This document shows, one piece after another, positions 25,085 through 33,214 of a stretch of DNA of 36,216 nucleotides. Numbering within the stretch: the stretch's first letter is position 1; each line of letters starts with the position of its first letter. Below the pieces are notes generated by a model. That model saw only the letters and a program-made list of their open reading frames with translations, made no database searches and was not told the DNA's origin. The position numbers were made by a program, and so were the translations under genes. Source of the stretch: Alphaproteobacteria bacterium (GTDB lineage Bacteria > Pseudomonadota > Alphaproteobacteria > Rs-D84); the NCBI GenBank assembly GCA_046881895.1, contig JBKSMR010000031.1:1-36216 (forward strand). Direction: 5' to 3'.

Positions 25085-26033
25085 ATTGCTTTATTTTTTG
25101 ATTTGCGTATTTTTGCATAAATATGATTTCTTTTTCTTTTTTATGTTTTTGTATATAATCAATGCTGAATTTGATTATTTGTTTTTCTGGTACAAAGCCG
25201 GTTGCTTTATAAGTTTCGTTTCTGGCGTTTCGTAATTCTTCGCACAATATATCATGTAATTTGTTCAGTGTATGATTATATGTGGGTTGTGCATTAAATC
25301 GGTTGATTGTTTTTGTAATCGCCTTACTTTTAGCGTTCAATAGCGGTGCACTCATATAGTTCAGCAATGGGTCGTTGTTTTTATGTGGTATATCGTACAT
25401 GTCTTTGATTTCGTCCGCAGTATGGCCAAGGAATAATGCAGGTGTTGATGTGTGGTAAAATAAACCGTGGGCACCGCCCAAATGTTTTATAATGCCGCCA
25501 AGCTGTCGTTCTTTTTCAGATATGTTATGGCGTGCGTTTATTCGTTCATATTGTGCTGTTATGTTTGTTATTTCTTTAAATGATGCGTTTGACCAGCAAG
25601 CAGGTATCATAAAATATATGTATGCATACAGTGCGTCTGGATTATCTTTTACAAAAGACCAACATGCATATCTGGTGACTTTGTGGTCGACATTGTTGCC
25701 AAATGGCAGCGAATTTAGTTTTATTTTGCGTTCTATGTGTTTGGAGTGTGATTTTTGGAAATCGTGTGTTTGTTCGATTGTTAATTTTGGAAATCTTTTT
25801 TTGTTTATGTCATAGGGGACGATTATCTTGCTGCAAATTTGATTTCCAAAAACCAGTTCTGTTGGTATTATGGATGGGCCTAATATATTGTGTAAATCAG
25901 ATAGGTACCAGAATTCATCGTCTGGTTTATTATCGTGTTGTATATTGTATTCTGCGAATATATCAAGCTGTTGGTTGTCTCTGTTGATGTGTCGTGTGGA
26001 ATCTAGTAAATTAAATAGTTCTTTTTGTTGCAT
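25083..26033 (-). CDS. DinD (DNA-damage-inducible protein D)-like protein
   Basis: 316 aa. Against my memory of E. coli DinD, EFWYLSDLHNILG matches EQWSARQLGKLLG and VTRYACWSFVKDNPD matches LSRYACYLVVQNGDP. The C-terminal part LFLGHTADEIKDMYDI...LLNYMSAPLLNAKSKAITKT...VPEK follows the pattern GLYGG...K.L...D.M...ELAAN.F..TQT...PE. The RBS is AGAGG. Confidence 0.6.
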   Translation of the reverse strand: MQQKELFNLLDSTRHINRDNQQLDIFAEYNIQHDNKPDDEFWYLSDLHNILGPSIIPTELVFGNQICSKIIVPYDINKKRFPKLTIEQTHDFQKSHSKHIERKIKLNSLPFGNNVDHKVTRYACWSFVKDNPDALYAYIYFMIPACWSNASFKEITNITAQYERINARHNISEKERQLGGIIKHLGGAHGLFYHTSTPALFLGHTADEIKDMYDIPHKNNDPLLNYMSAPLLNAKSKAITKTINRFNAQPTYNHTLNKLHDILCEELRNARNETYKATGFVPEKQIIKFSIDYIQKHKKEKEIIFMQKYANQKIKQ

Positions 26034-26065
26034 TTGTGACCTCTGTTTTTGTGGTGTGACAGTGG

Positions 26066-26290
26066 TTATTTTTTATCTTCAATATTCGCCAGCGAGAATA
26101 ATACGGACGATATCAGGGACTGGTATGGGACGTGTTGTGCGTCGGCCAGTTCTTTTATCTTATTCAGGACAGGGCGGGGAATGCGCATATTTATAACACA
26201 ATCAGACTTGTTAAATGCCTTGTATGCGGCATATTCGCGCAGTAATGATTCAATATTCATTACAAATAATTGTTGCATAACGTTTGGCAT
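26066..26290 (-). CDS. BrnA-like ribbon-helix-helix antitoxin/DNA-binding protein
   Basis: 74 aa. INMRIPRPVLNKIKELADAQHVPYQSLISSVL matches the BrnA/CopG-type hallmark (..I.LRLP...L..LK..A....VPYQSLIK..L). The RBS is AGGAG. It lies 32 nt upstream of the DinD-like gene on the same strand. Confidence 0.55.
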   Translation of the reverse strand: MPNVMQQLFVMNIESLLREYAAYKAFNKSDCVINMRIPRPVLNKIKELADAQHVPYQSLISSVLFSLANIEDKK

Positions 26291-26298
26291 ACAAACTC

Positions 26299-26368
26299 CT
26301 ATACTTTGTACAATACTATAGTCTTTACAAGGAACTATACCATTGTATTTACAATTGTCAATACAAAT
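26299..26368. promoter_or_regulatory. Repeat-rich putative operator/promoter of the RHH/DinD-like operon
   Basis: There are two roughly 19-nt direct repeats, CTTTGTACAATACTATAG and TCTTTACAAGGAACTATAC. They are followed by the quasi-palindrome ATTGTATTTACAATTGTCAATACAAAT, which contains the perfect palindrome ACAATTGT. All of this lies directly upstream of the RHH start codon. Confidence 0.35.
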
Positions 26369-26423
26369 ATATTTACGGTTGTAATGGCGGCTGTGTTGGT
26401 GTTTGTGTGGATGGTTGTGTAGC

Positions 26424-26452
26424 TTGCAATTTGAAATTTATCTGTTTAAAAT
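26424..26452 (+). promoter_or_regulatory. tolB promoter (TTGCAA-N17-TAAAAT)
   Basis: cTTGCAA at 26424-26429 and TAAAAT at 26447-26452, 32 nt before ATG 26484. Confidence 0.4.
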
Positions 26453-26483
26453 TGCATAAGAATAAACAAGGAAAGGGTTTATA

Positions 26484-27803
26484 ATGCTTAGAAAATTATT
26501 ATCTTTTGTTGTTGCGTGTGCGTTGTTTATGTTGCCTGCACACGCTGTATTAAAGGTTGATATTGTTGCTGGTGGCGTGTCGCCAATTAGTGTGGCTGTA
26601 TTGAAATTTGAAACCACAGATGGGGTGAAAACCGCTGATGCTGCCATGATACGCGAAGTGGTTGAGGCCGATTTAAAACGTACAGGTTTGTTTCATATTG
26701 TGTCGCATGATGCAATGCCAGAGTATGTAAAGATGGGTGAAATGCCGAACTTTAAATCTTGGCAGGCGATAAAAGCACAGGTCTTGGTTCAGGCAAAATT
26801 ATCTGCCCAGTCCAAGAAAGATTATAAGCTGGAATTCTTTGTTTGGGATGTAAATGGTAAAGAACAGATAGAAGCGCAATCCTTGGTTTCTTCGCGTAAG
26901 TCTGCACGCCGTTTGGCACATATTATGGCGGATGCTATTTATGAAAGACTGACAGGCGAGGTTGGTTATTTTGATACTCAGATTGTGTTTATTGCAGAAA
27001 CAGGACCAATTGGTAATCGTATTAAACGTATGGCGATTATGGACCAAGATGGCTATGGTATGCGTTATATGTCTGATAAAGATAGCTTTGTTATGTCGCC
27101 ACACTTTTCGCCAAATATGGGAACAATTGTATTTTTGTCTTATTATAATGATGACCCCAGTGTTTGGACGTTAGATTTAGAAACAGGTGAACAAAGAAAA
27201 CTGGGGCAGTTTGGTGGTATGAACTTTGCACCACGTTTTTCGCCAGACGGTAAAAAGATTGCATTGTCTTTGGTAAAAAAAGGTATTACACATATATATG
27301 AATATGATATTGAAACAAAAAAGTTGCGTCAGTTGACATTTGGTAATTCTATAAATACCAGTCCGTCTTATTCGCCAGACGGCAAGAAAATGGCGTTTAA
27401 TTCTGACAGAACAGGGCGTCAGCAAATCCATGTGCTGGATTTAGAAACTGGCGAAGAAAAACGTATTACATATGGAAATGGTAAATATGCGACCCCTGCG
27501 TGGAGTCCCGATGGCCAATTTATTGCGTTTACAAAAATGGCAGATGACACTTTCTATATTGGTATTATGAATCCACAGGGCAGGAATGAAAAAATATTGG
27601 CAGGCGGCTGGTTTATGGAGGCACCATCATGGGCACCAGGCTCACGCCGTTTGGTTTATTATGAAACAGAGCGTCATTCAGATGATATTGAACGCATCAG
27701 TCATATTCGCAGTATTGATATTACGGGTCAAAATGTTTATGATATTGAACTGGATGACGATATAAATGGTCTGGAACCAACATGGTCGCCAAGACTGCCA
27801 TAA
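26484..27803 (+). CDS. tolB: Tol-Pal system beta-propeller protein TolB
   Basis: 439 aa with a signal peptide. It has a TolB N-domain and repeated propeller blades (FSPDGKKIAL, YSPDGKKMAF, WSPDGQFIAF, WAPGSRRLVY). Confidence 0.9.
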   Translation: MLRKLLSFVVACALFMLPAHAVLKVDIVAGGVSPISVAVLKFETTDGVKTADAAMIREVVEADLKRTGLFHIVSHDAMPEYVKMGEMPNFKSWQAIKAQVLVQAKLSAQSKKDYKLEFFVWDVNGKEQIEAQSLVSSRKSARRLAHIMADAIYERLTGEVGYFDTQIVFIAETGPIGNRIKRMAIMDQDGYGMRYMSDKDSFVMSPHFSPNMGTIVFLSYYNDDPSVWTLDLETGEQRKLGQFGGMNFAPRFSPDGKKIALSLVKKGITHIYEYDIETKKLRQLTFGNSINTSPSYSPDGKKMAFNSDRTGRQQIHVLDLETGEEKRITYGNGKYATPAWSPDGQFIAFTKMADDTFYIGIMNPQGRNEKILAGGWFMEAPSWAPGSRRLVYYETERHSDDIERISHIRSIDITGQNVYDIELDDDINGLEPTWSPRLP

Positions 27804-27825
27804 ATTTTATAAAAACTACAAAATA

Positions 27826-27854
27826 AAAAGACACAGGAATTGTGTCTTTTTTTT
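27826..27854 (+). terminator. Rho-independent terminator after tolB
   Basis: AAAAGACACAggaaTTGTGTCTTTTTTTT. Confidence 0.8.
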
Positions 27855-27996
27855 AATCTTTAATTTTGATACAATCAGTATATAAGAAAAAAGAGAAAAA
27901 TCAAGCACAAAAAATTTAATTTCGTCAATTTTTTGTGTTGAAATAAGTTATTGAAATCAGTATATATTGGCCGGTAACTTAAAATAAGGGGGTCTT

Positions 27997-29796
27997 ATGT
28001 TCAGAAAAGTGCACAGAAAACAAAACGACAAGGTGTTCGATTCGTACAACTTTCCAAAAACATTGTTTGGATTTTATTGGCTGGTGATAAAAAAGTTCCC
28101 GTGGTTCTTTGGGGTGTTGTTTGTATGTGGAACGCTAACCCATGTTCTGCAAATGGTTTTTGGACCATTGACTTCAAAGTGGATGATAGAAATTTTTGAA
28201 AGTACGGCTAATACAAATTGGGATCATGTTATTGGGATATTTTTGTTGTTGGCAGGGATGTATTTCTTTGAGATATTTTTGTATTTTTTTGCAGATTTTG
28301 TCCGTGGAAAATATCAGCAGTATGTGCATAGATATAAATTATATTTGCTGTATAAACGTGTTTATGATAATGATATTTCTTTCTTTGTCGATAATCCAAG
28401 CGGACAAATAACTTCGTAGACTCAAGAAGTATCAGCGCGTTTGAATTTCTTGGCTGAAGAATTCTGGGTATCAATGGTCGGAACGATTATCGGCTTTGTG
28501 CTTGTTGTTGGCGCGATGTTTACAATGAATGTTTGGTTTGTGGTCATTTTAACGGTCTATGGCACAATCAAGGTTGCGTGGGAATGGTTTATGAATAAAA
28601 AATTGAAAGTGAATAATGAACTGTTAATGGATGAAAGCGCCAAGTATTCTGGTATGCGTAGCGATAGCTTGAATAATGCATTGAATGTCAAATATTTTGC
28701 AAATATAGAACACGAGAATCGATATATATATAATGGTCGTTCCAAATTGATTAAGTTAATCAGATATGATCGTTTTTTGGCTAGATGTCAGTGGATGCCA
28801 ACCGCGGTATTGTGGAATGTTGTACAACTGGGTATGTTGGTATTGTGTTTCTTGTTTATCAAGGATGACGTGTTGGCAATATCGGATGCGGTGTTTGTTA
28901 TGTCGTCGGCTTTGGTTATAAACAACTCGTTTGACAAATTGAACAGATTGATACGTCGTTATTCTGTACAACAAGCCAGGGCAAAAAAGGCTTATGATAT
29001 TGTTGTTGCTGATAAGTCAGTAATAGATAAAGACAATGCAAAAAAACTGAAAATAAAAGATGCCGAAGTTGTCTTTGATAATGTTGGTTTTGGCTATGGC
29101 GACAAAGCTGTATTTAAAAAATTTGACTTAAGTGTTAAAAATGGTGAAAAAGTCGGTGTTGTCGGACTGTCTGGCGCTGGCAAAACTACATTGTGTAATT
29201 TGTTGCTGCGTATGTACGATGTGGATAATGGGGCGATAAAAATAAACAGTATTGATATCCGTGATGTAACACAGGATTCTTTGCGAAAGAATATATCGTT
29301 TGTTCCTCAGGAATCGACTTTGTTTAATCGCAGTATTTTAGAGAATATACGATATGCACGTCCTGGTGCATCAAAGGCAGATGTTATTCGTGCTGCCAAA
29401 AAAGCACATATTCATGAATTTATTGCATCGCAGCCAAATGGTTATGATACATTGGTCGGTAATAACGGTATTAAATTATCTGGTGGTCAGCGTCAACGTG
29501 TGTCAATTGCGCGTGCGTTGTTGAAAAATGCGCCGATATTGATGCTGGACGAGGCGACTTCTGCGTTGGATTCTGAAAATGAAATGTTGATTCAAAAATC
29601 GTTGCAAAATGCGATGAAAGGAAAAACTACGTTGGTTATTGCGCATCGGTTATCAACATTACGAAATATGGACAGAATAGTTGTTATTAAAAACGGTAAA
29701 ATTATCGAAAGCGGTTCGCATAAACAACTGTTGCGTTCAGGTGGTGCGTATCGTAAACTGTGGGATATGCAAACAGGGGGCGTTGTTGGTGAATAA
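27997..29796 (+). pseudogene. ABC exporter (fused permease-ATPase, MsbA-like) interrupted by a single in-frame TAG at 28417-28419
   Basis: Track ORFs 27997..28419 and 28441..29796 are in the same frame. The read-through gives FFVDNPSGQITS*TQEVSARLNFLAEEFW, the conserved FFD..sG.l.sR region of ABC exporters. The C-terminal NBD has Walker A GLSGAGKTT, signature LSGGQRQRVSIARALL and Walker B ILMLDEATSALD. Confidence 0.7.
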
Positions 29797-30199
29797 AATC
29801 TTGGGTGTAATCTTTGGCGTGTCGTTATCTTGTTCTGCGATGGCGGTGCCAGCTGTGGTGGACTATGTTGTGGATGGCGATACGTTTGCTGCAGGTGTTC
29901 AGGTCGCAGACGATATTACAATTACTGTGCGTGTTCGTCTGATAAATGTTGATACGCCCGAATTAAGTGGTGCATGCCAGCGTGAGGTTGCCATGGCAGA
30001 AGCCGCCAAAGATTTTGTTGATGATTTGTTGCCGGCTGGTACCAAGGTTGATTTGCAAAATATCAAAGACGATAAATATCTGGGTCGAATTGATGCAAAT
30101 GTAATATTGCCTGATGGACGTGACTTGGGTAATGTTTTGATAAAACAAAAACTGGCACGTTCATATAGTGGTGGTCGGCGTCTTGGATGGTGTGATTAA
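29789..30199 (+). CDS. Secreted staphylococcal-nuclease (SNase/thermonuclease)-like nuclease
   Basis: The track ORF starts at 29681 inside the ABC gene. I prefer GTG 29789 (or TTG 29786), which gives the signal peptide VNKILGVIFGVSLSCSAMA. SNase-like motifs are VVDGDTFAAGV, VRVRLINVDTPE and DKYLGRIDANVILPDGRDLGNVLIKQKLARSY. The start overlaps the ABC stop by 8 nt. Confidence 0.68.
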   Translation: MNKILGVIFGVSLSCSAMAVPAVVDYVVDGDTFAAGVQVADDITITVRVRLINVDTPELSGACQREVAMAEAAKDFVDDLLPAGTKVDLQNIKDDKYLGRIDANVILPDGRDLGNVLIKQKLARSYSGGRRLGWCD

Positions 30200-30225
30200 A
30201 AAAATCCCCAAATGGGGATTTTTTT
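30198..30225. terminator. Bidirectional rho-independent terminator (nuclease / plsC)
   Basis: AAAAAAATCCCCAaaTGGGGATTTTTTT. The plsC stop overlaps the T-tract. Confidence 0.85.
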
Positions 30226-30931
30226 ATGCACTGTGACGGTTGATTGCATCGCTGATTTCATCTAGTGATGCATTGCATGGCAATAATGGTTCAAACCAAA
30301 TATTTGCGGTTCCAGAATGCATACGACCGTGTTTTGGCCAATACAGGCCTGCATCTGTGCCAATTGGTAAAATTGGCAGTTTTAATGTGTGTGCCAACAG
30401 CAGCAAGCCACGCTTTAAAGGGATTTTTTGCCCAGGTTTTGCGCGTGTGCCTTCGGGGAATATAACCAATGTATATCCATCCAAGACGCGTTTTTCAACG
30501 TCGTCGGCCAATTTTTTCATGTTTGTTTTACCTTTGGCACGATTTACCCCCAGCATACCACAACGCCAAAATGCCCAGCCGTAAATCGGTATCCACAGTA
30601 ATTCACGCTTCATGATAAAGAATGTGTTTGGCATAACTTTTGATATAGCGGCAATTTCCAATATAGACATATGCTTTGCGGCAACAATACATTTGCCGTC
30701 AATTCTTTTGTTTCCGTTTGGCAAGTTTGGAATACCATTTTCTTCGGTTGCAGGATAGTGGACTTTATATTTTATTCCACATATAAGGCGTGCGACCAAT
30801 AATACACCAGCTGCATCTGCAAATACGAATTTGCGTGACAGTTTTTTTGATACCAGTCCAATCAGCAACAATGGCGACCATGCAGTAAAATAAAGCCCCA
30901 GTACGATTTTAAAAATAATAGTTCTGAACAT
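30224..30931 (-). CDS. plsC: 1-acyl-sn-glycerol-3-phosphate acyltransferase
   Basis: The track ORF extends to 31006. I prefer ATG 30931 (MFRTIIFKIVLGLYF) after AGGAAG. The acyltransferase motifs are AAKHMSILE (an HX4E variant of HX4D) and VIFPEGTR. Confidence 0.8.
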   Translation of the reverse strand: MFRTIIFKIVLGLYFTAWSPLLLIGLVSKKLSRKFVFADAAGVLLVARLICGIKYKVHYPATEENGIPNLPNGNKRIDGKCIVAAKHMSILEIAAISKVMPNTFFIMKRELLWIPIYGWAFWRCGMLGVNRAKGKTNMKKLADDVEKRVLDGYTLVIFPEGTRAKPGQKIPLKRGLLLLAHTLKLPILPIGTDAGLYWPKHGRMHSGTANIWFEPLLPCNASLDEISDAINRHSA

Positions 30932-30948
30932 GTGCTTCTTCCTTTTGT

Positions 30949-31464
30949 TTAGCTTTCTTTGATTCCAAGCATCGTTACGATGTATTTTATATATTCTGTT
31001 GTCCATCGTTCAAGTCTTTTTGCAGGCGGCATCCCCATTAGTACGGCCGGACAAGATATAACTTCTGTGTTTGGTAATTCTGATTGAATCAAGTATTTTG
31101 CACGATTTATATGATCTTCGGTTGTGACAATAACTATTCGGTTTAACTCTTTTTCTGTCGCGATTTTTTTTATCGCCAGTGCATTTTGATATGTTGATTT
31201 TGAGCGTGATTCAATAATTGCAGGTCTGTCTAATTTATCAAGGTTTGTTGCACCAGCACCGATTATATACAAATCTATATTCGGGATTTCGCGGATTTTT
31301 TTTATTGCAAATGGAATTCTGCGTTCGTCGCCGGTTAGTACAAAGATGCTGTCGTTATTATGTATTTCGCCACAATGTCTGGGTGCGACAGATTTAAAAT
31401 ACATGCCGCCAATTACAAAGCAACTAAGTAATAAAAAAGATGGTGTAATAATACGTAGTATCAT
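30949..31464 (-). CDS. DUF218 (SanA/YdcF/ElyC-like) protein
   Basis: 171 aa with an N-terminal TM helix. The DUF218-like pattern is IFVLTGDERRIPFAIKKI...YIIGAG...STYQNALAIKKI...IVIVTTEDHINRAKYL. Confidence 0.65.
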   Translation of the reverse strand: MILRIITPSFLLLSCFVIGGMYFKSVAPRHCGEIHNNDSIFVLTGDERRIPFAIKKIREIPNIDLYIIGAGATNLDKLDRPAIIESRSKSTYQNALAIKKIATEKELNRIVIVTTEDHINRAKYLIQSELPNTEVISCPAVLMGMPPAKRLERWTTEYIKYIVTMLGIKES

Positions 31465-31467
31465 TAT

Positions 31468-32304
31468 TTAGCTGTTTTTTAATATGTTGATTGTGGTACG
31501 ACGTGTGATTTGAATTGCAAAGATGACAATCGCAACAGGCAGCAAACACAAAATCAACCAACCAAATCCAGTCAATCCAATTGTAGCCATCAGTCCAACA
31601 CGTGTCCCATGTGCCACAGATATTATAAGCATCAGTATTGGTGTCGCAGCAACAAGGCCGATAAGTGCAGCGACTGCACTAATTTTTGCGACGATAAATT
31701 GCATTTGTCGTGCGACAAAATTATCTGATGCACCAATTTGATTCAGTATTTCTAATTCGCGTTTGTGCAACATTGCAGTATTCTGGGCGATATAAGAAAT
31801 ACAAAAACCAATCGCACCCAGCATCAGTATCAAAATAAACCCAGACATCAGTATCATTTTCCAACCTGCGGATGTTGCTGATTGTAATGCGTTGGCATGT
31901 GTTAAAAAGCGTGCGTAATCTTTGACTTGTGTGCCAAAAGATTTTAAATCAGATTCGGTTTTAAATTTTATTTCCCACATTTTTGGCAGGTATTTTTGTA
32001 TTGCGTTTCCACCAGAAATCCATGGGGACATCAAGTCTTGCATTTGTTGAGTTGTAATTTCATTTACCGATTCGATTTGAGGTGTATTTTTCTTGATTAT
32101 TTTTTGAACGTTTTCAACGTTTTTCTGGTTTGTAACTTGAACGGTTGCGAACAATTCCCACTGGGAATTCCATTTTGTAACGCCTGTACCAATTGCCAAT
32201 GCAACCCCCAGTGTCAGTATGGACAAGAAAGACAGCAGCGACATAATTGCTGTCATAAATCTGGATTGTTCTTTTATTAGTGAAAATACAATTGGTCGTT
32301 TCAT
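31468..32304 (-). CDS. ftsX: Cell division ABC transporter permease FtsX
   Basis: 278 aa. TM1 is followed by a periplasmic loop domain and three C-terminal TM helices. A TAATG start/stop overlap links it to ftsE. Confidence 0.8.
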   Translation of the reverse strand: MKRPIVFSLIKEQSRFMTAIMSLLSFLSILTLGVALAIGTGVTKWNSQWELFATVQVTNQKNVENVQKIIKKNTPQIESVNEITTQQMQDLMSPWISGGNAIQKYLPKMWEIKFKTESDLKSFGTQVKDYARFLTHANALQSATSAGWKMILMSGFILILMLGAIGFCISYIAQNTAMLHKRELEILNQIGASDNFVARQMQFIVAKISAVAALIGLVAATPILMLIISVAHGTRVGLMATIGLTGFGWLILCLLPVAIVIFAIQITRRTTINILKNS

Positions 32305-33095
32305 TATGCGTTTCCGATGTCGTCAAATTGTTTTGATAGTTCTGTGAAATAATTTTGCGGTTTTGGTCCCTTCCATACTTTTTTATCCGAATCGGATTGA
32401 GGTGCAGATTGGTTTGATTTACCGGTAAAACTGACGCGATGGTTTTCGACCTTTATCACAGGGAATTTATAAGTTTCCATCAGCTTTTTATTATGCGTTG
32501 CCAGAATAATAGTTGTGCCGAACATTTTGTTCATTTGTATAAACAGTTCCATTAGGCGTGATGCATTTTCATCGTCCAAGTTTCCTGTTGGTTCATCGGC
32601 CAGCAAGATTGCAGGCTGAACAATAATGGCACGTGCCACAGACACGCGTTGCTGTTGTCCGCCAGATAATGCACGTGGATTTGCGTCTGCGTATTTGCCA
32701 AGGCCGACCCAGTCTAAAACCTTGGCCACCAGTTTTTTTATTTTATCTTCGCCAACGCCGCGTACGCGTAACGGTAATGCGACATTGTCGAACACAGACA
32801 AGTGGGACAGCAGTGAATATTCCTGAAAAACGATTGCCATTTTCTGACGCAGTTCGGTAATTTCATCGCGTGATAATTCGCCAGTATTTTTACCAAATAA
32901 TTTTATTTGACCGCGTTCTGGTTTGTGTAATTGGTATATCAGGCGTAACAATGTTGTTTTGCCAGCACCAGATGCACCAGATAAAAAGTAAAAAGCACCG
33001 GCACCGATATTAAAAGAAACATCAGTCAAGATTTCAGGGCTGCCATCATATTTGGCGGCAACATTTGCGAATGATATGTTTGTCTTTTCTTCCAT
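32304..33095 (-). CDS. ftsE: Cell division ATP-binding protein FtsE, with a C-terminal extension of about 35 aa
   Basis: 263 aa. Walker A is GASGAGKTTLLRLI, the signature is LSGGQQQRVSVARAI and Walker B is LLADEPTGNLD. It carries an extra Ser/Lys/Pro-rich tail after VENHRVSF. Confidence 0.88.
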   Translation of the reverse strand: MEEKTNISFANVAAKYDGSPEILTDVSFNIGAGAFYFLSGASGAGKTTLLRLIYQLHKPERGQIKLFGKNTGELSRDEITELRQKMAIVFQEYSLLSHLSVFDNVALPLRVRGVGEDKIKKLVAKVLDWVGLGKYADANPRALSGGQQQRVSVARAIIVQPAILLADEPTGNLDDENASRLMELFIQMNKMFGTTIILATHNKKLMETYKFPVIKVENHRVSFTGKSNQSAPQSDSDKKVWKGPKPQNYFTELSKQFDDIGNA

Positions 33096-33101
33096 ATTTG
33101 G

Positions 33102-33130
33102 AATATAGTAAAAAATGAATTTGAGTGCAA
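33102..33130 (-). promoter_or_regulatory. ftsE promoter (TTGCAC-N17-TATATT); the -10 ends 6 nt before the ATG
   Basis: On the minus strand, cTTGCAC is the complement of 33125-33130 and TATATT is the complement of 33102-33107. The ATG is at 33095 and no Shine-Dalgarno sequence is visible. Confidence 0.4.
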
Positions 33131-33153
33131 GTGGTTAGTGTAAGTGGTTAGTG
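33129..33153. repeat. Two direct copies of AAGTGGTTAGTG (reverse complement CACTAACCACTT)
   Basis: The copies are at 33129-33140 and 33142-33153. The core CACTAACCAC is the same decamer reiterated in the heptamer tract at 23078-23135. Confidence 0.7.
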
Positions 33154-33181
33154 AATGAATAATTCTTAAATCGTTGACTGC

Positions 33182-33214
33182 AAAAAAAATCCCCAGGTCG
33201 GGGAAATTTTTTTT
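33182..33214 (-). terminator. Rho-independent terminator after pal
   Basis: AAAAAAAATCCCCAggtCGGGGAAATTTTTTTT. The pal stop overlaps the tract. Confidence 0.8.

Noticed and set aside
27873-27964. The 10-mer AATCAGTATA occurs four times (3002, 6687, 27873, 27955), suggesting a regulatory motif.
   Set aside because: One copy lies inside plsY coding sequence. The others coincide with plausible -10 regions (TATAAC, TATATA, or TATACT on the other strand). Promoter-like AT-rich sequence therefore explains it best. It would be worth a genome-wide count only.
28417-28419. The in-frame TAG in the ABC exporter as evidence of stop-codon reassignment or pyrrolysine.
   Set aside because: TAG is used as a genuine terminator by the pilin gene (17187-17189) and fba (23147-23149). 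All other genes end where homologues do. No pyl genes are visible in the window.
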